A DNA stretch of 64,000 nt from Sminthopsis crassicaudata (Eukaryota), in contig NC_133617.1 of the NCBI RefSeq assembly GCF_048593235.1, positions 628,660,958-628,724,957 on the forward strand. The letters run 5' to 3'. This document shows positions 36,800 through 50,679 of the stretch, one piece after another (position 1 is the stretch's first letter; each line of letters opens with the position of its first letter). The notes under the pieces are model-generated. The model saw only the letters and a list, made by a program, of their open reading frames with translations, was not told the DNA's origin and did not search any database. The translations under genes and the position numbers were made by a program.

Positions 36800-39500
36800 T
36801 ATAATTTTCCTCTCCTTCTGCTACATTATGTTTCTATGTACTATGTTATGTGTTTTTTGTTTTAATGAATAATGTCTTCAGTTACTTTTATCTTTCTGTA
36901 AAGTGGTCTTGTTCCCATTGGCCCTCATCTTGATTCTTTCTTCTCATTTATAACCCTGTTCCCTTTGGAGTTTTGCTTAATCCTTTTTCTTTCCTGCTTT
37001 TAGCTGGTTAATTAATTCTTCCCCTCCCCTTTTTCTCCTCTGTTAGTCAAATAGATTCCCTCTTCCTCTCCTGCTTTTCAATTAGTCCTATTTATTAGGT
37101 TTTTAAAATTTCACTTTTGCCCCTTTTCAAAATGGATTTTTCTCATTTGCTTCATTATCCATCCTTTTTGTCTACTATAGATCCTCATTATCTAATTCAT
37201 GATCCCTTTAATTATCTGATCTTTCTCTTTTCTGTAAGCAAAGATTCCAAAGTATCCATTCTAGGTTTCCTTCTCTAGGAAGTTTCAGTCACTATTTTGT
37301 TGATCTTACTCCATTTTTGCCTCAACTCCGGAATAAATGTCAATTATCAGAGAAAATACTGACCCATGATATACTTCACTTACTGGTAAATGAAGTACCA
37401 TCAGTTCCTTGATGATGCAGTCTACCTCTGATTTATACCCTCCTCCCCCTGCCACATTTGCCTGAAAATCTCATTCCTTAGCCCATGCTATTTACTACCC
37501 CATGTATCAGTTGCCTCTAGAAATTCCAACTTCCCCTTTATTGATGACAAATGAGTAGACTTTTTAAGCACCAAAACCAGATGCATTATCCTCATCTCCT
37601 TTCACAGACTCTCTTTCTTCACCCATAGGAACTTTTTTTGAATGGAATCCCTTTCCATCACCAAAGTAAAGCCTCCCTATTTTTCTTCTTCTTTATCTTC
37701 CCTTCGCTCTTTACCCATTCCCCTTTCTCTTATTTTTAGCCCTTGATTTTGGTATATCACATACTCCTTTCTATTTTCTCCCTTTTCATGAACTCTCTCA
37801 TATGTAATGTAATCCCACAAAAAAAAAAAATCAGTTCACCTGTAGGCATGGTATCATCAGGTTCTATACATGATCCACTCTATCATCTACTTATTTCTAA
37901 TAGATTTCCACCTTCACTCCTTATGAAAAAGTCTCTTACTGGTCTCTTTGCTGAAACTCTTTTGCTGTGTCTGTCCTTGACTGTTGCATTTATTCATTTC
38001 TCCTGCATTTTTGTTATTTAAGGTGTTTGAGAAGCAAATCATCTCTTCAGTCTGATTTTCTTTCTAAAAACATTTCAAACACTTTTTTATTATTGAATAT
38101 CTGTCCTTTTCAATGTATGATTAAGCTTAGATTTGTAGGAAAAGTATCTTTAGACTACATCCTGATCTTCATTGCTCTTTGGAACACATCATTCCATTAC
38201 CTCTTAATTTTTCTAGTGGGTACAGAATAGTCTTGGATTATTTAAATTTCCTTTCCTTTGTATTTGAAGGTCTTTCTTCTGATGATTTGTAGAGCTTGTT
38301 GTTTCTGAATTGTATTGTTAAATTTAACTATTATATGTCCTGAAATTTGCAACCTTTGTTTTTTTTTCTTTTCCAGGAAATGATTTGTGAATTCTTTCAA
38401 TTGATATTTCATTTTCTATATTCATAGGTTCTGAGGAGTTGTCTTCCATTATTTCTTTCTTTATGGTGTTAAAGTTTTCTATCCTGTTGTGTTCTGGGAG
38501 ACCTATGATCTTTACGTTGTCTCTATGTATTCTAAAACATGTTTTCCTTGTATAATGAACGTGTTTTCTTTTGATGTTAGTGATTTTCTTTCTGTTCCTC
38601 TTCTTCTAGATTATCCTTTAGTGTATGTGCATGCCCAATCTATAGTTCTCTCTTTTGTTTCTTTAGTGAGGCTTGCCATTGGATATTCCAATTATGCTCT
38701 TCTGTTCATCATTTTTGTTATCCAGGCCATAAACTGTTCTCATAATTTACATTTGAACCACTCAGGAACAGCATGTTGTTGTTTCATGCTCTCTTCAAAT
38801 TTCACAGGGTTCTCAATCCCATCAAATGTTAGATAATTTTATTTGTTTTGCAGTATCTATTCATAGGTGACTGAGTTCATTACTAGATCTAGAGGCCATA
38901 TTTCCTTCTGTTGTTAATATTTTTCCTATTGATTTATCTGCTTGTATTTAAGGTATTAGAGTATTTTTCTTCCTCAAGTATTGGGTAATTTCCACGTTTG
39001 CCCACCCCATACTTATTTTCCCCATCACTCACTTTCTGACTCCCCCACTCTGATAATAGTTTCCTTGCTACTCAATCTCAAAGGGCCTGAGCCTCCTTCC
39101 ATGCTGTGCAAAGAAGTTTGCCAACCTAAATCTTAGCCACAATGAACTTTGTGGGTTAGCACTGGACTCAGTCAGATACTGTACTAAACTTTTCCCCAGG
39201 CTTAGTGGAGTGTGGCATAGAATCCTCCACCTTTACCCGTTATACACAAGTGTTTTATCCTAGTAATCTTGTCTCACTCCCTCTGTTCCTTAGGTCTTTC
39301 ACCCAACACTAGCACTTCAGATTTTTGTAGTGCTAGTATTATAGGGCTGTGGCTGCTGGAAGTTTTTTTGCTCTTGAAAAGCCTGAGCAAATCTCTGCAG
39401 ATTGTAGCTGGGGTTTCCATAGCACGTAAAAGAAGAAAGGGAAATCAGACTATTATGGCAGGTTCTGTTGTCAGCTTGTATTGGGTCTGCTAAAGCATTT
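36800..39500 (-). mobile_element. Old L1, 5' portion (5'UTR, ORF1, start of ORF2)
   Basis: Long T-rich antisense text (ttctgaggagttgtcttccattatttc...gttctgggagacctatgatct...); explains ORFs 37743-38836. Confidence 0.7.
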
Positions 39501-39799
39501 CAGGTGCTTACTGCATGGAAGCTGAGGCTAAATGAGTTCAAGATTAGTGAACATCTTTTCATGGATTTTTTTACCTTTTGGGGGAGGGGACTTGGGGTGT
39601 CTTAGACCATGGAAACAGAAAAAAATTGCTTCATTTTTGAGAGGTTATTTGTGTGTGAGAAAATATCTAGTTCTCTATCTTGTTGTTCACATGAAGTCAC
39701 TCCAATTCAAAACTGGAGTGCATTTTTTGTTCAGGAGCTTGCAGGAAGTATATAGAAGGCCACTAGCAAGCCTTTATTATTGAATTAACCTTTCTCCTA

Positions 39800-40420
39800 T
39801 ATTATTGCATTAACTTCCTAAGTGGTTTTCCTACTCTCTTGCCACTCCAATCTATCCTTCATACAGAAGTCAAAATAATCTTCCTCAATTGTAGATCTGA
39901 GCACGTCATTTCCTGTCTCAAAAATCTTCAGTGGTAGGGAAGCTAGATGGTACAGTGGACAGAGTACTGGCCCTGGAGTCAGGAGGACCGAGTTCAGATG
40001 TGACCTCAGACATTTAATACTCACTAGCTGTATGACTGTGGGCAAGTCACTTAACGCCAATTCTCTCTCAAAAAAATCTTCAGTGGCTCCATGTTGCCTT
40101 AGTATATACATACCTACACACATGTATGTGTACCTATATGTATGTACATGTATATGTGTATACATGCATGTATCCTGGTATCCTGGTAATTAAGTCCTTC
40201 GTAATATTCCTCTCACCTTCCCTTTCAGTCTTATTTCATTCTCTGCTTTATAAGTTCTATGTTCTTCCAAACTGGCCTGCTGTCCATCCCCATCTAGCAT
40301 TTCATTCTCAGTCTCCATGCCTTTCCAGACTATTGCTTCATCCTAGAATATGGTCTCTTTTTACTTGTACCTCTTATAATCCTAAGTTTTTTTCAGGGCT
40401 CTGTAAGATTTTCCTGCTTC
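39800..40420 (+). mobile_element. L2 3' fragment hosting a SINE
   Basis: ccactccaatctatccttcatacagaagtcaaaataatcttcctc...atctgagcacgtcatttcctgtctcaaaaatcttcagtgg. Confidence 0.75.
39935..40071 (+). mobile_element. Short marsupial SINE (WSINE1/SINE1-type) with 15-bp TSD
   Basis: gctagatggtacagtggacagagtactggccctggagtcaggaggaccgagttc...ggcaagtcacttaacgccaatt; TSD aaaaatcttcagtgg at 39920-39934 and 40072-40086. Confidence 0.95.
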
Positions 40421-40714
40421 CCCTTATTAGTACTTTTTCTGTCTCTCTATCTGTCTCTTTATGTTTCTCTGTCTCTCTCTCCCTGTGTCTATTTTTCTGC
40501 CTCCCTCCTTCCTTCCATATCTCCCTTTATTATCAAATTATCTTTGTATTTTCTTATTTATTTTTGTATTTTATATTCATTCCCTTTGTGTTTACTTGTG
40601 TTTAGTATGCTCCCAGTAAAATGGAAATTGTTTTTTTTTCTTCCTTTTTTTGAGACAAGAAAATGTTTTATTTTTAAACTTTCTATTCCCAGTATTTTTC
40701 ACAAGATAGTACAT

Positions 40715-42290
40715 CATATGTGCTTAATAGCTGTTTGTTGAATTGAAGGTTTTGAACCAAGAGTGATATGACATGAAAGATGAGTCTGGCAACACTATGA
40801 AGCGTGGTTTGAAGGCGATAAGGAATAAATGTTGAAAGGCTAGATGGGAAGCTGTTGCAATTGGCCAAATGGTCGGTAATGTGGAACCATGATAGAGTAA
40901 TGACAATGGGGATAGAAAGGACAGGAAAGATGTAAGAGATATAATGAAGAGAAATTGATAAGACTGGGGAACCAATTGACCAGAAATAGCAAAGGGGATA
41001 GAAGAGTTTTTAAAAGTTCCTAAGTTAAAATTAGATGCTAGAAAACCAGAGGCAATTGTGGAGCTTCTCTCCTTGTATAGTGTAAATATATTTGGCAGAA
41101 CCAGCTTAGGAGATAGTGTTCAGTATAGGGATGAATGTACACATGTATATGTACATATATGTATGTTTGTATATATGTTTGTAGAAGGCCAGTCTTGGTC
41201 ATGATGATTGAAAGGGCTTAGATAGTGGTGTGGTTTATTTACTGTTATTTGGATATAGCAAATACCATAGCCATAGCTGGAAGCTCCCTATTCTAGATGG
41301 TTTTATTTAACCCAATCAGTGCAAATTTGTGATAGAAGCACATGCATAGTTGTAGTTGAGAAGCATTTTTATCCAACTAGGACATTGCTGCTCCATAGAT
41401 TACATAAGTATAGAATTCCTTGATTAATAAATAAGTTTCATTCTGCCCTAGGGATAAGCTTCCCATAGTGTCCTTGTTATATTCATGTATTGGAACAAGG
41501 CGTGGTATTAGATGCCAGGGATGAAAAGATGCAAAACACTTCAGCATTTAGCCTCAAAAAGCATAAAATGGAATATTACATGTAGACAAGTAACGTACAA
41601 AGTGGAATGTGATAAAGAGAGATCCAGACAAAATGTTCTTTGGAGATTTGAGGAGGAAAGGATCACTTACATGGGCATCAGAATGTGGTTCAGGGAGAAC
41701 ATTATGAAGGAGGAAGTAGCTCATCTGAACCTTAAAGGATTTCAACTAACTGAAATGTGGAAGGAGGGCATTTCAAACATGAGAGCTCAAGAATGCACAA
41801 AATCAGGTCAGGGAGGGACATAATCAAGAATCACTGAATATTCCAGTTTTGTAAGAACATAAAATGCATGAAAGAGAATAGTATGAAATAAATCTAGAAT
41901 CCTAAGATCTTAGCATGTCAAAAATAGAATTTATTTTCCTTTTGTTCTTTCTCCAACCTTCCATATTGTTATTCTCTGGTCACTTAAGTTCACTGAAAAA
42001 GGATGTTTATTGGATTTTACCATGCAAATCATAGGACCCATTGAAGGATTTTGAGTAGTGACTCCCATGCACTGGGAGTGTTATTTAGGCAATTGGGTTA
42101 AGAATGATTTAAGAGAGGAGAGAATGCTGGCAAAGAAACCAAAAAGAGTGGCAATGAGAAGAGAGAGAAGGATACAGATGCTAGAGATACTGTGGGAGGC
42201 ACGAGTGGCCAGAGTTGGTAATTTATTGGATATGGCTGGTGAAGACAAGGGTGGAATCAAAGATGACAAGAGTTTTTGAGTATGGAGAGC
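40715..42290 (-). mobile_element. L2 fragments (40715-41050 and ~41490-42290)
   Basis: ggacccattgaaggattttgagtag...gcacgagtggccagagttggtaatttattggatatgg...ggaatcaaagatgac. Confidence 0.75.
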
Positions 42291-42609
42291 CAAAGATTGA
42301 GGTGTTGATAGTACCCCATAATATCCCAAGAGACTTGGGGATTCAAGTGAACATTCTGCTCCAAGACTGCACTTCTTCAAGAAGGTCTATCTGAATACCA
42401 ATTGGCTCCTATCCATTTTCTTGAAAAGCTATCATCTTTTGTCTTTTAAATGATATGATAACAGAGGTCTGGAAGCCAACTCCTTCAACATTCTCCCTAG
42501 AACCTATAAAGAGTATATGGAAGCATCCTTTGGGGTGTCTTTTCCTTCAGGTTTTTTAAAGAGCTTCCATTTTCCCAGTTCTCTTTCCTTTCCACTGCAT
42601 TTCTAGTAG

Positions 42610-42723
42610 ATATTTATTTGTCTGGATGTTGTTTTGGAGGCATTCTGGAATTCAATCGCAAATAGGACCAGCTATCACCACCGAGTTCCTGAAATTGGCA
42701 TCTCTTTGTTCCCTGAGCTATTA
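42610..42723 (+). CDS. Candidate symmetric exon, IFICLDVVLEAFWNSIANRTSYHHRVPEIGISLFPELL, product unknown
   Basis: Long pyrimidine tract plus NAGNAG acceptor (ctctttcctttccactgcatttctAGtAG|ata), donor TTA|GTAAGA, 114 nt, phase 0-0 open frame. Confidence 0.35.
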
Positions 42724-45700
42724 GTAAGATTTACTTAGTTAAGAAAAGAGCAAGTTTCTAAATTCTTCTTGGTAACATTTAAGTATTCTATGACCTCTGT
42801 TTAGAGTTGTGGTTTTTTGTGCATGACATCAATTTTAGAATTTGACCTAGAGACTTAGCTTTGATTTGCCTACACTCTCAATTCTGAAAATTTTCCTATA
42901 TTGGCAGTATTTAATCATCTAATAAAAAATCAGTTTGGTTACAACTTTAGCAAACAATTTTTCATTTTCTACATGTGCCATATTTCTCAATTCCATTCGT
43001 GAATTGTAAAACTAGTTGGCCCTTGATGTTGTCAAGAGCTCCTGATATATTGCTTCGCTCCCAACTATACTGAAAATGTGTAACATTCCTTTGGCTAAAG
43101 ATACCGGGAATGATTTCATTCTTTATACTTGCATCTCTAAGGTCTAGCACAGGATCTGGCATCATAATAGGCATTTGGTAAATGCTTGCTGATCAATTTA
43201 TTGGTTGATTTCATAGATTAAAATATGGAATTAAATGTCATAGAGTTGTGAGAGGTAGGAGGCACCAAGGAACATAGAAGGAATGTCAGAGCTGGGAGAA
43301 ATCTCCAAGCATCGTATATTAGGGCTAGAAGGATGTTCAAAACATAGAATGTCAAAGGTAGAAAGGCTTTTGGTCATAAAATTTAGAATGTTACATTTTG
43401 AAGAAAACTAAACATAGAATAGAGAATTTCAGAACTAGAAAAGACTATAGAATATGGAATGCCATAACTAGGAGAGCTGATCTAGTTTAAATACTTTCTC
43501 TCCTACAGAGGAAGAAATAGAGACCCAGAGGTAACAGATTGATTTGCACTTAGGCAGTGTCTTTCATTTACCTGAAAGCATTTTTCTAGGAGATATTTTG
43601 GACTTACTCTCTCAACAATCCCCTTCCTTGCCCTACATGCTAGTGGATCAAGTTCCCAAAGCTGGACTGGCTTCTCTCCCTCAGGAGTTCTAGGAATAAC
43701 CATCAGGATACTGTGAGGTTCTTTCAATCCTCCCTGCTCTCTTAAGCCCCCATTTTGCAGATCCTCTCAAATATTATCAACAGTTATTAGCACTCTAATC
43801 TCATTTAAGTCATCATTATTTCCTGAATATCTTAGTTAACCAGTGAATATCATCAGATTTTTTACAAAGAGTTATTCAGATATCCCAGATCAGAGAGCAC
43901 ACTCACCCTCAGATATAAGATGGCAGCTGCAAATATTCACCCACCAAGTTCAATTCTGCATGCAATACAATCAAGGGATGGAATCACTCCCTAGTTTGAA
44001 GGACATGGCTTTGCTATCAGGTTGATTTACAGCAGTCCTGATTCCTGTCAGGGAGAGACTGCTGTCAAACTCTGGATCTTCATTGACTTTTCCAAGCTTT
44101 CACATTTCACAAAGTAAGAGCCTACATATATTCAAGTCCAAGAAGAACAAATACAAAAGAGGCAAAAGAATGGGAATATCTTGCATGGAGGATCACATTT
44201 TAGAGATAGGACTCTAGTGCAATTGACTTCCTATCCATAGGCTTACCATTCTTACCTCATTCACCTGCAAGGAAGAGAGAGCTCATTCTGACTGATAGTA
44301 TCTTTTATATGTACCCTTAGTTTCAGCTCAGCAGTCAATTAAAAAGCTTTTCTTCACCATATAGTAAACAGACAAGAAATAGCCACAGGACTCTCATAGT
44401 CACCTGGCTCCCCTGGATTGGCAGCAGGTAGAACCTATTGTCTTTGCTCAGGAATAAGGCCCTCATTATCCAGTCCCCCCATTACACACTGTTAGTTGAT
44501 CCTTCAAGATGTTTGTTTAGATTTTTAGGTAATTCCTCTCACAGTCATTTTTTAAAAGGTTGCTTTGTAAAAGCATAGAATGTTTCCTGCATGCAATTAC
44601 AGTTCAAATCAGAGGAAATTGTCACATAGTGACATTTGCAACTGCTTCTTTCCATTTCAAACCAAAATAAAAAAAAATTCTGTAACTACTAGGGCCAGCT
44701 CACTGCATGTATCAGCTTTAGCCCCAGATGCTCTTCCTTAGTTTTTCTGCCAACCAGCATTGCTTCATTCATCCAGCCACCGGAGGAGTCCTGAATATCT
44801 TCCCATAATAACATAAAGCACCAGCTGTTGGACCCAGGGGGTCTAGGATACTAGCCTACTCTTTTTCCACGAAGGAGTCTATCTCAACTCTGGACCCATT
44901 TACAAGGTCTGGACCAGGCTCAATCCTGGGGGATTCTGGACTTTAATTAGAAGAGGACTAGATTCCCTTTGCTCCCATTCTTTAGCTCATTAAACTCCCA
45001 TCCCATTCAGCAGGGATGATTTACTTAAAGCTTAGGTTGGGTTAATGTCTGTGTCTTCCTAATATAGGAGAATAAGCAGGATCTTGATGTATACTTTATA
45101 TTAGCTATGGGATGTATTCATTTCCTACATATAAAGAAATGCTAAATGACTTACCATGCATATTAACAGAATGGCTCAGAGTAGGAAGGAGGAAAGTCAA
45201 CTTTCTGCCTGTTCATAAGAAGACCATCATTTCACCACGGAGAAATATGTTGTAGTTTTTCTACCCTAGCATCATCTATGAAAATCCTTGCCTTTAACAA
45301 ACTGACCACATTTTCTGTTCATTTTTATATTCAGAACTAGCTCATGAATTAAAGAGAGGGAACTAAATTTGGTTAAGGAAGTTGGCAAGGTTCTTTCTGC
45401 TTCTCCTCTCCAACCCCAAAGGGCAGAGTACACAGCTGCCTCCCTGGAAAAGGAAAGAGAGGTTCTTGGCAGTACCTGAAAACAAGAACTAAACACTATG
45501 TTATGGAAAGAGTAAGTGATCTCAGTTCCAGACTTAGCCCTGCCACTGACTTTTTTGATCATAACTTATCTTATGTTCTATTGTTTAAGATCCTTTTCAA
45601 CTCTGACATTCTACATTTTAAGGACTCTTCAAAATCCAATGTTTGGTGATATCCATTATTTTTTCTCCTGTATAACTTCTAAATTAAACAGCATTGATCT

Positions 45701-48700
45701 TCTTTCAAAGTTGGTCTTAAAATTTCTACTTCATTTCTTATCGTACAATATATTTCTCTATTATCAGTCCTTATTCTTCTACCCTAAAATGACAGAAAAA
45801 TCATCTTTACAAAAGTATGACCATCATCCCAACCTCTACCCTCACCCCAGGTGGAAGCAGACACATGTAGCTATTGTAAATATATTGGAATCAATATTTC
45901 CTAACTTCTCATGTCCAGATGATAAATGGGTCCCATTATCTCAGCCTGAATTCTCCCCACAGCTTCTCCATGTAACTAATAGCAGAGTAAAGGATTCCAT
46001 TGGCAGTCAAACCCTTCTCTCAGCCTTATCTATATTTATCCTTGAGTTTATGTGGGAGAAGGGGGCTGCTGAGAGAAGGAGCTGTTGTCTTAACTTGAAA
46101 ATACTATATAAATGTGAGCTTTTGTTATTTCAGTGCACTTTCCTGACATCTAGATAAAGAAGGTCAGTTAAAATAAAAATAAAGGACAAGGAGAAAGATC
46201 ACCAGGATCAGAAGCATTGCCGTGTCACTTGGGATCCCATATTAAATCCTGGACTCTGAATGAGCTGTGTGATTTTGGATAAGTCTGCAGGTTTCAATTT
46301 CCTTATTTGTGAAATGAGAAGATTGGGCTAAATGACCTCAAAGTGATTCTCCACTTCTTAGTGTCCAGGATAGGAAGTGATAAGAGAAGAAGAGGGATCC
46401 CTCTTGGAATAATTTGGTCATGTTCTTCTCCCCTTTCCCCACCACTCCCTACCTGCAAAAAAATTGGAATATGACAGAACCAGAACTTGTTTTTAACTTC
46501 ACTTGCTCATGGCTATGGCCCACAATGAATATGAATATGTAAGTCATCTGCCTTTCTCTGCTGCTAGCTATTGCTGCATTGTTGAGTTTCTTAAAGCTTC
46601 ATCAAAGCCCTTCTTCCTAGCAAAGCTTTAATTTCTAAAGTCCACAAGAAACTCCCAATGTTCATCTCAGAACTATGACCCTTCTGGGGGTTTCAGCAGT
46701 TAAAATATAGTTCAGGACAGACAAAGGGGAAAGAGTTTATTGTGACTGTTGAAAGTGGGTATTTGACTACCTAACCATCTTGCCTGCTATGCTTCAAACC
46801 TCAGGTAATAACCTTTGGAGAAATAAAAGTAGTTCTTCATTGTCTATGAATCTGAGTCTTTTACTTACTAGCTACTTGACTTCATGCAGTCATTTGACCT
46901 TTGCTTTAAAAAGAGGAGGTTAAACTAGATGGTATCTAAGGCCCCTTGTAGATCCAAATTCTTTGATCTTATGATTTGTTAGAAGAATGAACTCTGGCCA
47001 GATGAATTACTCTATTCAAGTAGAGCAATAGGTATATGTGTGATAAGTGGTGTTTATAATTCCTTGTCTTTCCAGATTGAAAAATACTCATCTTTTCCAG
47101 ATATGCTTACATGGTGGCCCCTCCATTCCAAGTGTCATTTCTATTGCTCTTTTATGAACCTTATCCAGTTTCATTAATGCTTTCTGAGGTTATGGGAGTC
47201 AGGATTATGTATAGGGCTTTGACCTAAAACAGAGGAGTTATATACATCTGAAGAATCGAAAATCACTACTGATGATCAAATATTCTTTTTAGTGATCCCA
47301 GAATAATAGAAATACATAACTTCCATCCCTTATTTTATTACAATCATTGAATTTGGAACTCGAAAGGACCTGAGAAATCAAGTCAAATTATTCCAATTTA
47401 TAGATGAGGAAGCTGAGTCAGATTTTAGAATCTACTTACTCAAGGTCATAGATGAACTTAGTGACAGGAATACAAATTTTCTTAACCCTATTTTCAGTGT
47501 TCCTTCTGCAAGATTATATTATCTCCATCTTTAATCACTATTAATTCTCAGAGAGAAAAACTTGCCCTTTGTTTAAGAGGACTCACAAGTGATCTTGATG
47601 GCTCTGCCACTTATTAATTATGTGAGTTTGGATGTTCGTCCTCTCTGGGACTGTTTTCATATCTCTAAAATGAAGAGTTTGGACTTGATCCCTTCTGGCT
47701 TGAAATCTCTGCTCTTTGGAGCATGACTCTGATTCTCTCTGATTCAATGTATGAAACTCTCAGAATTTTCAATGCACTTTCCTCACAAAACAAAACAAAC
47801 AAAAGCAACAGAGGAAAAAATACCTAGAAGATAACAGTGCAAATGTTGTCCTTAGTTTATGGATGTATAAATTGAGAGCCATTTGGCCTTACAGCTAGTG
47901 AACATCAGAGCTGAAGCTCAAACATCGGCCTTTTGCCTCCTGCCCCACTACACTAATCCACAGCTAGAATGAAAAAGAAAGAAAGAAAAACAACAAACAT
48001 TTCTAGGCCAAGTAGAGTAGAAATGTCAGCTCCTTCCCTAAGGAATGAAATTGGCCATATCTGCCTATTAGACCTTTCTACTTCTGTCATCTACCTCAAA
48101 CACGGCATTATTTAAAACGGAATATATTCTGCTGCCAAACAGCAACTTGCTCAGACATCCCCATTTATGTCAGTGATTTTACTAGTCTAGTCATGCTGAG
48201 CTAAAACCCTTGAAAGTTCCCTCCGCCATATCAGTCACCAAGTCCTGTTCTTCTTTTCTTCCTAAGGTACTTCACATATAGCCAACAAGTCACCTCTTAC
48301 TTAGACTAATAATATAATTCCTCTATAATCCATCCCTTAAAAAGTGCCACATCAGTCTTTCTAAAATGGCACTTGCATTATGCTATTCTTCTCTGAAAAA
48401 CTTTTAATGATTCCTTCTTGGTTTTAGGAACAAATTCAAACTCTTCAGCATGGTATTTGAGGCTCTTCTTGCTCGAACTCCAACCTACCTTTTCTCCTAT
48501 TACTTTTGTCTGCTTGAGACAGGCTGCCCTATTCAACATCCCCAGAAGTCCCTTTACATGTTTCCAGGGTGTCTTTACTTACACTATTTTTTACTCCTAG
48601 AAGACATGTCTATTTCACTAAATTCTATTCATTCTTCCCTGATCCTATTAGACCAGTGAAATCACTTCCTCTTGGGAGTTCCCACAGCACTAATTATCTG

Positions 48701-49484
48701 TATCACTCATAAAATCACAGAATTGGAGATTTGGGAGGGACCTCAGGTGGCCATCTGGCCCGATCCAGTTTTGAACAAGAATTGCCTCTTTAACACCCCT
48801 AACAAAGGGCCATCCAGCCTTAATCTGAAGGCCCCTATTATTTGAGGGGAAAAGGAGCTACTTCATGGAGTAGCATATTCTATTTTTTGACAACCAATTA
48901 TTAGCAAGTTTCCCCCCATATTAAGCCAAATTTGCCTCTGCAATTTTCTTCTCTGTTTCCTAATTTTTTCCTCTGGTGCCAAGTCTAGTCCCAGTTTGGG
49001 ATTTTATGTAATACTGTCTTGTGATATATTTTATATCATCAGTTTAATTCATGTAGTTGTTTACCTTTTATATACACATGTGTGATGGCACATAGAGTGC
49101 CAAGGAAGGAAGAGACCTTAAGGATGATAAGAGTTCAAGCCTCTCATATGACCGGAGTGAGGGTGGAAGTTAAATCCCAAAAAAGGTAAGTGACTTGTTC
49201 AAGTTCTCCCACACACAGTCTGTTAGTGGCAGAACCAGAGCTAGAACCCAGACCTGATGCCTCTATCCTTGCCCTTTCTTCTATGCCTTGCCATAATAAG
49301 CTTCTTGAAGGTAGAAATTATGTTCATGATGCTTTGTAATTTACACATAATCTACTAGCTCAATGTTATCTTGTTACTCAGTAAATATTTATAGAATTAG
49401 TGTATAATTAAATCTGGTTTACTTGATAGCCTTGGGGCATGGAGACCCTCTCACCAATGACAACCATCTTGGTTTATTCTCTCT

Positions 49485-50325
49485 TTTTTTTTCTCAATAG
49501 TATTTTATTTTTCCAAATACATGTAAAGATGGTTTTCAGCATTCATTTTTGTAAAACTTTGTGAGCCAAATTTTCCTTCCCAGTCCTCAAGACAGCAAGC
49601 AATCTGATATGAGTTAAATACGTGTGATCTTTTAAAACACATTTCCATGTTTGTCATGTTGTGCAAGTAAAATCAGATCAAAAGGAACAAAAAATATAAG
49701 AAAACAAGCAAACAAAAAAGGTGTAAATACTGTGCTTCCGTACACATTCAGTTTCCATACTTCACTCTCTGGATCTGATTGACATTTTCCATCCTAATTC
49801 TATTAGAATTGCTTTGAGTCACTACATTGTTGAGAAGAGCCAAGAACATCACAGTTGATCATCACATAATCTTGCTGTTATTGGGTATAATGTTCGCCTG
49901 GTTCTCTCACTTCACTCAGCATCAGTTCATGTAAATCTTTCCAGACTTTTCTGAAATCAGCCTGCTTATCATTTCCTAGAGAACAACAATATTCTATTAC
50001 CTTCATATACTATAACTTATTCAGCTATTCCCTGCTGATGGGCATCCACTCAGTTTCTAGTTCTTTTCTACTGCAAAAAGAGCTGCTATAAATATTATTG
50101 CACATATGGGTCCTTTTCACTTTTTTATGATCTTTTTGGGATACAGACCCAGTAGTAAGACTGCTGAATGAAAAGAAATGCACAGTATTAAAGCCCTTTG
50201 GGCATAGTTCCAAATTGATCTCCAGAATAGTTGGGTCATTTCACAATTTCACTATCAGGGTATATTTGTGTTCCAGTTTTACCACATTCCCTCCAACATT
50301 TATCATTATCTTTTCCTGTCATCTT
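49485..50325 (-). mobile_element. L1 3' end (marsupial type)
   Basis: T-run, then tattttatttttccaaatacatgtaaagatggttttcagcattc...gggcatagttccaaattgatctccagaatagttgg. Confidence 0.9.
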
Positions 50326-50679
50326 ATATCTTGGCTTATTCTCAATTATTTCCTTCAAATGATTAAGTGAACATTATGATTTTGAATCTTCTCCCCAAAC
50401 TTTTTACCCTTTTATGAACACTACCATTTGTCATTGTCCTTCCTAAAATATGATACCTAGATGTGGTAAAAGAAGAGCAAAAGTCAATGGAGTAGAAACT
50501 CATAAATACTAGCTGATTGGAAGCCAAAAGTGTAATCAGAAATGTCACATATATGTTACTATACCATATACAATGTTGCTGCAACTATAACAATGTTGAA
50601 GGCTTAAGAAAGCTTAGCACAAGCATTAACTCTTCTTTAAGGGGGAAAATAGCAATAAACATCTCTATTGTTTATTCAA

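Noticed and set aside
41190-41290. C-box-like ATGATGA (possible snoRNA)
   Set aside because: No D box (CTGA) or terminal stem at a suitable distance.
43900-44121. Minus-strand acceptor (44121) and strong donor GAGG|GTGAGT (~43906)
   Set aside because: All three frames between them contain stops; at most a non-coding exon.
45516-46157. Longest supplied ORF (213 aa)
   Set aside because: L/F/S/I-rich composition typical of T-rich non-coding DNA, begins in a MIR-like piece, uses a GTG start, and has no domain motifs.
46470-46544. Strong donor TAT|GTAAGT at 46538/46539
   Set aside because: No convincing acceptor upstream.
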